Part shown: positions 8,625-17,581 of the stretch, piece after piece | How the letters are laid out: every line of letters starts with the position of its first letter | Position numbering within the stretch: the stretch's first letter is position 1 | Assembly (NCBI GenBank): GCA_021498095.1 | Contig: JAIZWK010000001.1 | Location: 180,001 to 212,000, forward strand | DNA length: 32,000 bases | Direction of reading: 5' to 3' | Source of the DNA: Candidatus Harpocratesius repetitus | GTDB taxonomy: Archaea; Asgardarchaeota; Lokiarchaeia; Sigyniarchaeales; Promethearchaeaceae | Translations under genes and position numbers: made by a program | Notes under the pieces: model-generated | Told to the model about the DNA's origin: nothing | The model's database searches: none | Seen by the model: the letters and a program-made list of their open reading frames with translations, nothing else

Positions 8625-9620
8625 ATGATTAAAAAGATTCAAGTAAATTCTGTAGAAAAAGATTTTGTTCAGATAATTTACAAATTGATTGACACAAACC
8701 TTTTTGAATTGACTATTCTTAGTATAAATGAGAACCAAATGGCGATGCTCACACAGTTTATCTTTACCCTTTACCCTCATGAATCCACCGGTCCCTACTT
8801 TCTTCAACCATTTGCTTATATTTTCCGAGGTATTTTCATGAATTGGCTTAAAGCCTTTAATTCTACTGTTGGTGATGATCTCCACAAAAAGCAGCCCAAA
8901 GATTCAAATCTTTTTATGCTAGAATATGCCCTTCAGCAAGAACTTCACTATTCGTCTGATTCAAACCTAAATCATTCCGCAAATTCTTCACGTAACTATC
9001 GCAGAAATCGATCTCATTCACGTCGCTCCAATGTTAATAAAATTACATATACAATTTCTTCATTAAACGATTCAATTTCTCAAGCCCTTCTGAATTTTCT
9101 GCTGCAGCAGCGAGATACAACCATTCAATATGCAATGCAAAAGGCAGTAATTGCTCAAGTTGAAATTAAACAGAAAAGCCTCATCGATTTAACAAAAACT
9201 GAAAATAGACCGAAATCATTGAAAATTAAATTTCTAACACCTACTGCTTTCAGTATTCGTGGAAAAAAGACCATGATGCGCTTACCCCTTCCCGAATATT
9301 TCTTTCCAAATTTAGCAAAGCTGTGGGATAGTGTTTTTAAAGAAACAGATTATCAAGTTCCCGATTTGTTTTTTGAATGGGTCAATCAACATATTTCAAT
9401 CTCTTCATTCCAATTAAAAACTCATGCTTGGGACATGGGTAAGGACATAAAATTCACCGGTGCTTCCGGTTGGATAAATTACATTAATGATGATTCAAAT
9501 AATCCATTAAGCATTTGGCTGGATATTTTGACACGATTTGGAGAAGATATGAATACTGGAAACGGCCGAACTGCGGGATTCGGACAATTCAAAGTAATTA
9601 ATAGTTTTAGTTCTAGTTGA
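8625..9620 (+). CDS. cas6: CRISPR RNA-processing endoribonuclease Cas6 (probable start ATG 8739)
   Basis: IKFLTPTAF, LP.PE..F..L...W, TGASGW, and the C-terminal G-rich loop TGNGRTAGFGQ (GhGxxxxxGhG type). Confidence 0.88.
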   Translation: MIKKIQVNSVEKDFVQIIYKLIDTNLFELTILSINENQMAMLTQFIFTLYPHESTGPYFLQPFAYIFRGIFMNWLKAFNSTVGDDLHKKQPKDSNLFMLEYALQQELHYSSDSNLNHSANSSRNYRRNRSHSRRSNVNKITYTISSLNDSISQALLNFLLQQRDTTIQYAMQKAVIAQVEIKQKSLIDLTKTENRPKSLKIKFLTPTAFSIRGKKTMMRLPLPEYFFPNLAKLWDSVFKETDYQVPDLFFEWVNQHISISSFQLKTHAWDMGKDIKFTGASGWINYINDDSNNPLSIWLDILTRFGEDMNTGNGRTAGFGQFKVINSFSSS

Positions 9621-9755
9621 ATCCTTAGGCAATGAAGTCAAAAGAGTAATTAGCAATGCATTTTATTTGTATAGAATCTTTAATACTTTTTCTACCTTTT
9701 TTTGACTAAATTTTAGCTTTCAAATTGTAGTAATAGCTTCTTTTATATAATTAAA

Positions 9756-9866
9756 ATCTCAATTTAAATGCGGATTTTACTAGTAAAGTATAAATTTGGA
9801 TGCAAAAATTCTTATAAAAGTCTCAATTGAAATGCGAGAAATCATAAAAAAGTCTCAATTAAAATG
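9756..9866. repeat. Four 16-bp motifs (consensus GTCTCAATTNAAATGC) with 32/32/31-bp period upstream of the AAA ATPase
   Basis: Copies start at 9756 (ATCTCAATTTAAATGC), 9788 (GTATAAATTTGGATGC, degenerate 11/16), 9820 (GTCTCAATTGAAATGC) and 9851 (GTCTCAATTAAAATGC). Confidence 0.75.
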
Positions 9867-11180
9867 CAACATTTTTTATTTATTAATAATTTAATATATT
9901 CAATGAATATTTCAAAAGAAAATCTTCGAAAGATAGTAGAAGAACAATATGAAATGATTATCAAAAAACCGGTTGGAATTCCTCGAGAAAAATTGTCAAT
10001 AATTGCAGAAAAAAAAAAGGCGACACATGTTATTATTATAACAGGACTCCGAAGGTGTGGGAAATCAACTTTTTTACGACAAATCATGCATTTTTATTAT
10101 CATGATGAGAATTTTTACTATCTAAATTTTGATGATGAACGATTAGTTGGTTGTACATCAGAAGATTTTGATTTAATTTATGAAGTATTGTTGGAACAAT
10201 TTGGAGATCATCAAGTTTTTTTTTTTGATGAAATACAAAATGTGCCGAAATTTGAACGGTTTATTCGACGATTACATGATTTGGAAAATAAAATCTATTT
10301 AACAGGATCAAATGCCACCCTTCTCAGTAGCGAGATTTCTACAAAATTAACTGGGCGTCATTTAGATATTGAACTATTTCCTTTTTCTTTTCGTGAATAT
10401 CTCAAATTAAAAGATGTAGAAATTAATAATTCTTTACTATATACAACAAAAGGAAGAGGAAAGATCATAAAATTATTTGATAATTACTTGCATAAAGGAG
10501 GAATGCCTGAATTTCTAAAAATAAATGATTATGAAATATTACAGCGGTTATATGAAGATATTCTTATTAAGGATATTACTGTACGATATAAAATTCAACA
10601 TGTTCGGGAACTCAGAGAAATTGTGAAATATCTCTTCTCTAACATTGGACAAAAAACAAACTATTCTCGTCTTTGCAAGTTAGTAAATATCAGAAGTCCT
10701 AACACAGTAAAAAATTACTTAGATTACTTGCAGCTAACATATTTAGGATTTTTAATTCCAAAATTAGATTATAGTGTCAAAAAACAAATTGTTTCTGGTC
10801 AAAAATATTATGCGATAGATTTAGGTATAGTTGAATATATCTCTGTAAAATTATCCAGAGATCTCGGTTGGGCATTAGAAAATCTTGTATTTCTCTCTTT
10901 GCGAAGAAAATATCCCATTTCTAAGATTTTTTATTATGATAATGGGTCAGAATGCGATTTTGTGATTCGGAATGAAGTGAAAGTTAGAAAAGCGATTCAA
11001 GTTTCTTACTTTTTAGACGAACACAATAAGAAGAGAGAAATAGAAGGACTTTTAAAGATAATGAAGCATTTTAACTTGGATTCAGGCTTAATTCTAACAT
11101 ATGAACAGGAAGAAGAATTAGACACTCCAGCAGGCTTGATTCACATAATCCCTGTTTGGAAATGGCTTTTGCAAGAATAG
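9864..11180 (+). CDS. AAA_14/DUF4143 family ATPase (probable start ATG 9903)
   Basis: Walker A GLRRCGKST, Walker B FFFDEIQ, LTGSNA, LTGR, GGMPE, K.Y.ID.G, LENLVF, ECDFVI and AIQVS match the COG1373-type pattern. Confidence 0.92.
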   Translation: MQHFLFINNLIYSMNISKENLRKIVEEQYEMIIKKPVGIPREKLSIIAEKKKATHVIIITGLRRCGKSTFLRQIMHFYYHDENFYYLNFDDERLVGCTSEDFDLIYEVLLEQFGDHQVFFFDEIQNVPKFERFIRRLHDLENKIYLTGSNATLLSSEISTKLTGRHLDIELFPFSFREYLKLKDVEINNSLLYTTKGRGKIIKLFDNYLHKGGMPEFLKINDYEILQRLYEDILIKDITVRYKIQHVRELREIVKYLFSNIGQKTNYSRLCKLVNIRSPNTVKNYLDYLQLTYLGFLIPKLDYSVKKQIVSGQKYYAIDLGIVEYISVKLSRDLGWALENLVFLSLRRKYPISKIFYYDNGSECDFVIRNEVKVRKAIQVSYFLDEHNKKREIEGLLKIMKHFNLDSGLILTYEQEEELDTPAGLIHIIPVWKWLLQE

Positions 11181-11258
11181 TTAATTTTCTAATCGTACTC
11201 TATATCTTTTATCCTGCATATTAAGCCAATAAGATCATATTATTTTGCATGCAAAATT

Positions 11259-11605
11259 ATATACAATATCTTCATTAAACGATTCAATTTCTCAAGTACT
11301 TCTGAATTTTCTGCTGCAACAGCGAGATACAACCATTCAATATGCAATGCAAAAGGCAGTAATTGCTCAAGTTGAAATTAAACAGAAAAGCCTCATCGAT
11401 TTAACAAAAACTGAAAATAGACCGAAATCCTTGAAAATTAAATTTCTAACACCCACAGCTTTCAGTATTCGTGGAAAAAAGACCATGATGCGCTTACCCC
11501 TTCCCGAATATTTCTTTCCAAATTTAGCAAAGCTGTGGGATAGTGTTTTTAAAGAAACAGATTATCAAGTTCCCGATTTGTTTTTTGAATGGGTCAATCA
11601 ACATA
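11259..11605 (+). pseudogene. Internal cas6 fragment; 347-bp direct repeat of 9047..9393 with 7 substitutions
   Basis: Base-by-base comparison gives ~98% identity at an offset of 2212. The fragment lacks the Cas6 N-terminus and G-rich loop, and its frame runs on into the antisense of the longin-like gene. Confidence 0.92.
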
Positions 11606-11653
11606 ATCAAAATGCTATTGTTTATCCTTCAATTGTAAATCCCAGTACCTTAA

Positions 11654-12220
11654 TTATTGAAAAAGGCGTGACCACAACAATTTTAATCGATCTCTCATCC
11701 CTGTCAACTTTCCAAACTGAGTTCGTTGCAAATATTCTGTCACTTGTGTCTGTAATTTTTCTTCAAATGCTTTAAAATATTCTAAATTTCCATCCCAATC
11801 TTGTAGCATATCAACAGGGTAATTGCGAACAAAGACATCGAGGGCACTCTCGGCTTCATCACGTAGATTGATTTTTTTCATCTCTTGATCCATTAATGCA
11901 AAAATCATCAGTTCCATATTTGAATAACTCTTAACAAACACATATATATCGAAATCTGCTGTGTGGAATGTTAATTCTTGAGATACTGAAACGAGATTTT
12001 CGCAGAATGTGTGAATAGCCGAGAGAAATGGGACCATAATATTTTCATTCACACTCTCATCAAGTTTTAGCGTGATAAAAGGTAATCCAGATTTATTGCT
12101 GATAACTACAGCCCTTACACCAAACTTAGTAGAATCCAATGATGATAACCCCGCTTTTTCGTATTTCTTTTGTTGTAAATCTGTTTTAAGCATTTTATTA
12201 TTTAAATTAGATGATTTCAT
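11654..12220 (-). CDS. Longin-like domain protein (Asgard type), paralog of 22481..23014
   Basis: RAVVISNKSGLP...PFLSAI.TF...F...YP...L..WDGN...F.AFEE.L is a pattern typical of Asgard longin-like domains. It aligns without gaps to the second copy over its core. Confidence 0.65.
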   Translation of the reverse strand: MKSSNLNNKMLKTDLQQKKYEKAGLSSLDSTKFGVRAVVISNKSGLPFITLKLDESVNENIMVPFLSAIHTFCENLVSVSQELTFHTADFDIYVFVKSYSNMELMIFALMDQEMKKINLRDEAESALDVFVRNYPVDMLQDWDGNLEYFKAFEEKLQTQVTEYLQRTQFGKLTGMRDRLKLLWSRLFQ

Positions 12221-12400
12221 AATCTTAGTATTATTTGAAATATTGGATGATTTTACCTTATTTCCAGTTGGAGAAATTCCAATTTTTGAATATTTTGATT
12301 AGTTTTATCCACATTTAAATTATCTTGGCTTATTTTCAATAGAGATTGATTTATTTGCATAGTATCATGTACTTCAACATTCTAAAATATTTAAATTTAA

Positions 12401-13835
12401 CAGTTCTCAACGATTCGACAAAAATAAATAATTGAAATAGCATGATTATCTAGTGTTTGCATCAACGAGAATAAATTAAATGGATACTTGAGTTATTGTA
12501 TGAGCATAAAAACTCAAGCCGTGCATCGAATTTCACGATTCGGTACACGTTATCCATATTTTAATAAGATTTCGTTCTTCAAAAATCTTGCGAAATCGAT
12601 TCGACATACTTTGAACCTTTCAAATCAACGTATTGGGCGCAAATGGAGTTTAGATGAAATTTTGACGGTTCTCTGCTATTGTTGGATTCGTGGTGTCTCA
12701 ATTCATCATGCCTCCGAAAAATTGGAACGGTGGGCATCTAAATTTTTGAACTTTCAACCAAAAATATTTCATGATAGACGAAAATCACGCGCTTTTCCGC
12801 ACCAAACAACAATTAATGATTGGTTACGTACCCAATCATCTGAAAAAATCGAGGAAATCTATCGAATTGTGTTTGAAAAAATGATTCAGCGTGTATTTTT
12901 AAAAAATCCTGATTGAACTGGTTATGTTTTAGAATTTGACCTTACATACTTAGAATATTGAGGAAAACGGAGGGATGCGCTGATCAAAAAAAGTCGGATG
13001 GTTAAAGGTATCAGACGAATTCGTCATTATCATGGTGCGCTCATTCATGAAAATTCTACTTCATTATTTATTGGTTGCCATCATGTTGCCAATCGAGAGT
13101 CGAAAATCCTTTTTATGCTAAAAATTGTGGATTGGCTCCAATATTTAGGTCTAAAAATAAAGATTTGTGTCATAGATCGTGAATATTATCGACACGATAT
13201 TTTGAGATATTTAAAGATCGTGATGTTTCTGTTGTCACTCCTGCTAAAAATTATAAACAGCTGAAACTGGCCAAAGAACAGTATTTAAAAGGTGAAAAGG
13301 GCCGAATTCAGACATATTTCATAAGACCTAAATCAACTAATAATCGAAATAAGAAATTGATGCGCAATTGGGTACATTTATATCCAAGAGGTAATCAATC
13401 TTTAGGTGAAATAAAAACCGCTTATCGACAAGGATGTCTAAGTTTAGCAGAGGCATCCGAGCAAATTTATGGTTTAATTACCACTATTGCGCCACAATAT
13501 CGCTCGAAATCGTTCGTGTATTTGATCAAGCGTTATTACAAAATGAGATGGCAGATCGAAACCGCTTTTCGCGATGTGGAGGTGCATAAAGGAATTTGGC
13601 GGTCAAACAACGATGCAACTCGACTCTTTGCTGAAATGGGGAAATATCTGCTGTTTAATATGTGGCAATTCGAACGAGATCAAATTCGCCCAGAGAGACG
13701 TTTGACCTTTCAAGAGTTTCGAGATTGGCTTGTAGATGAAATTTCTCAGACAATTAACCTCTAAATCTTCAAATTTCGACTGAAACAAAAAAGGAAGGAA
13801 AGAAAATGTAAAAAATATTATTTCATTGAGAACTG
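12401..13835 (+). mobile_element. Insertion sequence, ISH3-like (IS4 superfamily DDE), 1435 bp
   Basis: Terminal inverted repeats CAGTTCTCAA(C/T)GA at 12401-12413 and 13823-13835 match at 12/13. A 5-bp target duplication TTTAA lies at 12396-12400 and 13836-13840. Size, C-GT ends and 5-bp DR fit ISH3. Confidence 0.88.
12500..13764 (+). pseudogene. DDE transposase pseudogene
   Basis: Motifs EFDLT, VIDREYY and YYKMRWQIETAFRD. In-frame TGA stops occur at 12914 and 12959, and a frameshift at ~13210 (TATTTAAAG; one T missing). Confidence 0.9.
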
Positions 13836-14188
13836 TTTAAGGAAGAAAATTGCACAACCATAACCATTCGTTTAATTTGCGCAAAGAAAATAGCTTGTCA
13901 ATTAAGGAAAATATAGATAAAGACAAATAGACAAAGAATTAAATTGCAAGAAATATAGATCGGGAACATTTTATCAGGAAATAAATACTTGATGACATGG
14001 ATTTAGCGCATTAATTACAAATAGAAAGAAATGATTAAGAAAGTGATAAGGATAAACTTTCTAAAAATGATAACTATAAACCCATGAAAGTTTTGACTCT
14101 GATTTCGTATAGAAACTTTGATTTAGAAATCTGAATTAAAATTTCAATCAAAAGCAATCGAGATAATTCGCAATAACCCATAATTCGA

Positions 14189-14383
14189 TTAAAAATATTT
14201 AAAATATACGTCAGATCGAAAAGGTGCGTGATACTCTTTTCTAAGATGTTTTAATTGATAATCACCTTCTTTGCCGATATCAATTATTTCAACTCCCCCA
14301 CAACGGGGACAAATTTCGGGTTTATTAGGGAAATCAATTAGTATCGAACCACATCTTGGACAGAAAAAATGTTCATTCGACAT
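14189..14383 (-). CDS. Small zinc-ribbon protein (64 aa from MSNEHFF)
   Basis: Two CPRCG motifs spaced as a Zn ribbon; ATG at 14383. Confidence 0.75.
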   Translation of the reverse strand: MSNEHFFCPRCGSILIDFPNKPEICPRCGGVEIIDIGKEGDYQLKHLRKEYHAPFRSDVYFKYF

Positions 14384-14930
14384 AATTCTAGCTAACAATA
14401 TGCAAGATGTTCATTTAAATTTGTGCTTTATGGAGCATAATCTCAAAAAAATGTTTACCACACTTATGACTATTCACTCTTATCACACATATAATGTCCA
14501 TGGTATAACTCTATAGCTGTGTGAACAATAATACAAAGAGGTGTTGTAATATATTTGATATATTATATCTTTGAATCTAAAATATTTTTTTAATTATTTC
14601 TGAATCTATGTAAAATCTTTTAATTCAATAATAAAAATACATAGAATATACAATAGTATCAATATTAAAATTCGAGAGTATATTTTAATCGAATAAATAC
14701 TTGAAACAGTTGTCTTTGATTTAATGTTAGAAAATATTTAACTATTATAATTTTCTTGATGAAGTGAGAAGGGGATATGGAATAATATTTGAAAAATTAA
14801 AAGGATTGAACAATCTGGAATTGTTTTACCATTTTAATATTAAACGAATGTCGGATGATTACAAATATTTGTATGAAGATAGATATTATGAAATTAATGA
14901 ATTTTTGGAATTTTCCACTGATTGATTGCA

Positions 14931-15956
14931 CTAAATCAGTTTTTTAACTTTAAAGAATATCCATAATACGCCCATACTGATTGCAATAATTCCACACGCA
15001 GCCCAAAATGGTATCTTTGGAAATCCTTGATTATTCATTCCAAAAATCCCAGTAATTACCTCTGCAATAAGTAAAAGTGATGTAGCGAAAGTAAAACGCG
15101 CCAAAACGGAATTAAGTTTGCTGGATTCTGCATTGAAATATAAATTCATCAAGTCCGATATAATCTGGCGTAAAACATCCAACTCATCAATTTCATGCCG
15201 AATATGATCATCTAATTCGAGCGGGATATAGGTTTGATTGAAATGCATCATGGATCTATCATTCATAGAGACCAACACTTCTCTATCCGCTTGCAAGATT
15301 TTCATGGTGTCGAAAATGGATTGCCTTATTCCTACCAAACGCTCCAGTAATTTATCTTCATTTGAAATATCATGTGTAAGTATTTTTTTTTCGATTTCTT
15401 CCGTAAATTTTCGCCAATCATCGACCACATCAATGGTTTGATCAATCAACAAGTCCATATAGCGCGAAACTAAATATGTAATTTGGCCTTTTATGAGTTT
15501 CATAGGATTTTTCCGAAAATAGCGAAAAAGGCGCGATGTATTAATTACTTCATCTAAATGGATCGAAATTGCAACATTTTCATATATAATTAATCCGATC
15601 TGATTTTCTCTTTTTTCTTCACGCTCAGATGGATGAATTACTGCATTTTTAAATAAAATTAACATGTAAGATACATAATCATCTAAGCGCGGGCGACTAT
15701 CTTCAATAATTTCTTCTAAAGTATCCAAAGAAATATCAAGCAGTACGGTTAAATCTAATAATTCCGCATTTTCTTTTACATCTTCAATGTTACGAATTTC
15801 ATCTTCAAAATTAATATCTAAAAAGCAGCACATACATTTTTCCTTCACACTGTCAGGATGCATGCCATCGCGCAAATCGTCCAAGGTAACATCAAATTGT
15901 TCAACGATTGGGCGGTTATCCACCACTTTACGTAAAATAAAGTAATTCATTTTCAT
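14931..15956 (-). CDS. corA: CorA family Mg2+/Co2+ transporter
   Basis: C-terminal two TM helices with the GIFGMN signature, LN..L..FT, Y.D.LID and long coiled helices. The start is taken as ATG 15956 (TTG 15971 is an alternative). Confidence 0.92.
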   Translation of the reverse strand: MKMNYFILRKVVDNRPIVEQFDVTLDDLRDGMHPDSVKEKCMCCFLDINFEDEIRNIEDVKENAELLDLTVLLDISLDTLEEIIEDSRPRLDDYVSYMLILFKNAVIHPSEREEKRENQIGLIIYENVAISIHLDEVINTSRLFRYFRKNPMKLIKGQITYLVSRYMDLLIDQTIDVVDDWRKFTEEIEKKILTHDISNEDKLLERLVGIRQSIFDTMKILQADREVLVSMNDRSMMHFNQTYIPLELDDHIRHEIDELDVLRQIISDLMNLYFNAESSKLNSVLARFTFATSLLLIAEVITGIFGMNNQGFPKIPFWAACGIIAISMGVLWIFFKVKKLI

Positions 15957-16000
15957 ATAATCTTCCTCCAAATCTTGATCACTCTGGACGCTTGCCTCAT
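15953..16000 (-). other. Candidate 15-aa upstream ORF (MRQASRVIKIWRKII) overlapping the corA start by ATGA
   Basis: ATG at 16000 and TGA at 15953-15955 overlap the corA ATG (15954-15956). Confidence 0.3.
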
Positions 16001-16332
16001 AAGTGATTTATCAAAGATTATTCATCTTTGAGGATAATTTTCGTAATTATTATTACAACTTGTTTTTCTCACCTAACTTCGAAAGTTGCTTTAATGATAA
16101 CCGTCTCGAAGTCAAAGGAATTAAGAATATTGAGATATTAAATTTTTGCCTTTCCATTTAAGATTCAATTTAATTATCTACTTAAGTCAATATTAAACTA
16201 TAAAAACTTCGTCCTTTACATTTTTTCAAACTAAATTCATATTATTTAAATCAAAGAAATCATAAAATCATTAAATATTCAAAAAAAAGCATGTTTTATC
16301 TCAAAATAAGTATTCCAAAGAAATTTTTATAT

Positions 16333-16939
16333 CTAATACATCCAAAAATAGTAATAATAAGAGATATTCAAGTGATTAGAAAATTGATCATTATCCCATG
16401 AAATTATAACTGGATATCCTGATAAAATAGGATCATTTTCTGCACTATAAAATATGTCAAAGAAACTTTCAGTAATCGAGCCGCTTTCATTAACTGGTAT
16501 TCTAATTGAGTAGAGTAAAAAATTCCATATCGTTTTCAAAAACAACTCGGAAATAATATGTTAATTCTGCGTCAGATCCATCCAATACCACAGTGCTATT
16601 ATTGATTGGTTCATCCTTATGAAATGATGGTTTTATTTCATCAATTGATGTGATATTCTCGGTTTGAAGATAAGCTTCTATCCAATGAGCACCAGAAACC
16701 ACTTGTGAGTCCCATTCAATGTGAATTACATCATCAATTGTAAATTGAGTACTTTCACCTGAACGAAAATCGATTTGAAAATCCTCACTTGAAATTGGTG
16801 TATGTATTTGTTTTCTTTCAACAAAAAAATCATAAATGAAATCAGAACTATTATCCCAAATAAACGAGAAGTAAAACCATCCTTCATTTCCTGTAGTATT
16901 AAACTCTTTATAGATATTTGCTGAACATGAATAGATCAA
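16333..16939 (-). pseudogene. Hypothetical (probably exported) protein split by a T-homopolymer frameshift near 16515
   Basis: ORFs 16502..16939 and 16333..16545 join (…ENDME-FLLYSIRIPVN…) if a T6 run is T5. The true start is unclear. Confidence 0.55.
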
Positions 16940-16971
16940 ATTAAAAGAACTTAAAAAAAGAATTGGATTTT

Positions 16972-17053
16972 AATTAATTGAACCACATCTTTTTTTTATT
17001 CAATTAATTGTGGAAACCACATTTGTGGAATTTATGCTCACAAATGTGGTGAT
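16972..17053. promoter_or_regulatory. Divergent intergenic region with two perfect inverted repeats, several CCACA/TGTGG boxes and an SD site
   Basis: AATTAATTGAA(16972)-16 nt-TTCAATTAATT(17009); ACCACATTTGTG(17016)-11 nt-CACAAATGTGGT(17050). The SD GGTGAT at 17048-17053 overlaps the second arm. Confidence 0.6.
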
Positions 17054-17056
17054 TAT

Positions 17057-17530
17057 ATGAAATCAAAAAAGATATTACTTGTATCATTTATTGGTTTATT
17101 AACCCTAAACTTTTTAGCTTATGGAGTAGCAGATCAATATATATCAAGCACTCGAAAACTAGATTATGGTTCTTATTCGGGAGGATCTTACGTAGATACT
17201 CGGGAGAATGATGGAATTTGCTATAGTTTTGATTCTGAAGGCGTATGGTATGCAAGAATACATGTTTATTTTAAATTGCAAAATCCTGATAAATATAATT
17301 CTGTGAATATATTGAATAACGTGGCACATGCATCGAATGAAGATTATTGGGTTATCATTGTGTACGGGACTGACTATGATTCTACAGATAGATCTGAAAT
17401 TCACCTAAATAGCGATGGATATCATACAATTTCATTGGATTCAAATAAAACTTGTTACTGGATCGGTTTCGAAAAGAAAAAATGGTTAGACGATTTTTCA
17501 TTTGGTATTGATTATATTGATTTTAAATAA
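17057..17530 (+). CDS. Exported/membrane-anchored beta-rich hypothetical protein
   Basis: Signal-peptide-like N-terminus (MKSKKILLVSFIGLLTLNFLAYG), GGTGAT SD, and a C-terminal motif shared with the next gene. Confidence 0.8.
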   Translation: MKSKKILLVSFIGLLTLNFLAYGVADQYISSTRKLDYGSYSGGSYVDTRENDGICYSFDSEGVWYARIHVYFKLQNPDKYNSVNILNNVAHASNEDYWVIIVYGTDYDSTDRSEIHLNSDGYHTISLDSNKTCYWIGFEKKKWLDDFSFGIDYIDFK

Positions 17531-17581
17531 TGATACCTTTTTTTTATTATCCTTTTTTTTTCTAATCTAAGTGATAAAAAG

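Noticed and set aside
11245-11775. 176-aa ORF as a functional second Cas6
   Set aside because: Only 11259-11605 is cas6-derived, the tail is the antisense of the longin-like gene, and the N-terminal half and G-rich loop are missing.
12914-12961. Selenocysteine at the two transposase TGAs
   Set aside because: The same gene also has a frameshift, TGG/CGA>TGA transitions explain both stops, and there is no redox motif.
14600-14925. Protein-like reading ending in a 53-aa GTG ORF (14764..14925)
   Set aside because: Upstream stops and frame changes, and no recognisable family; at best a remnant.
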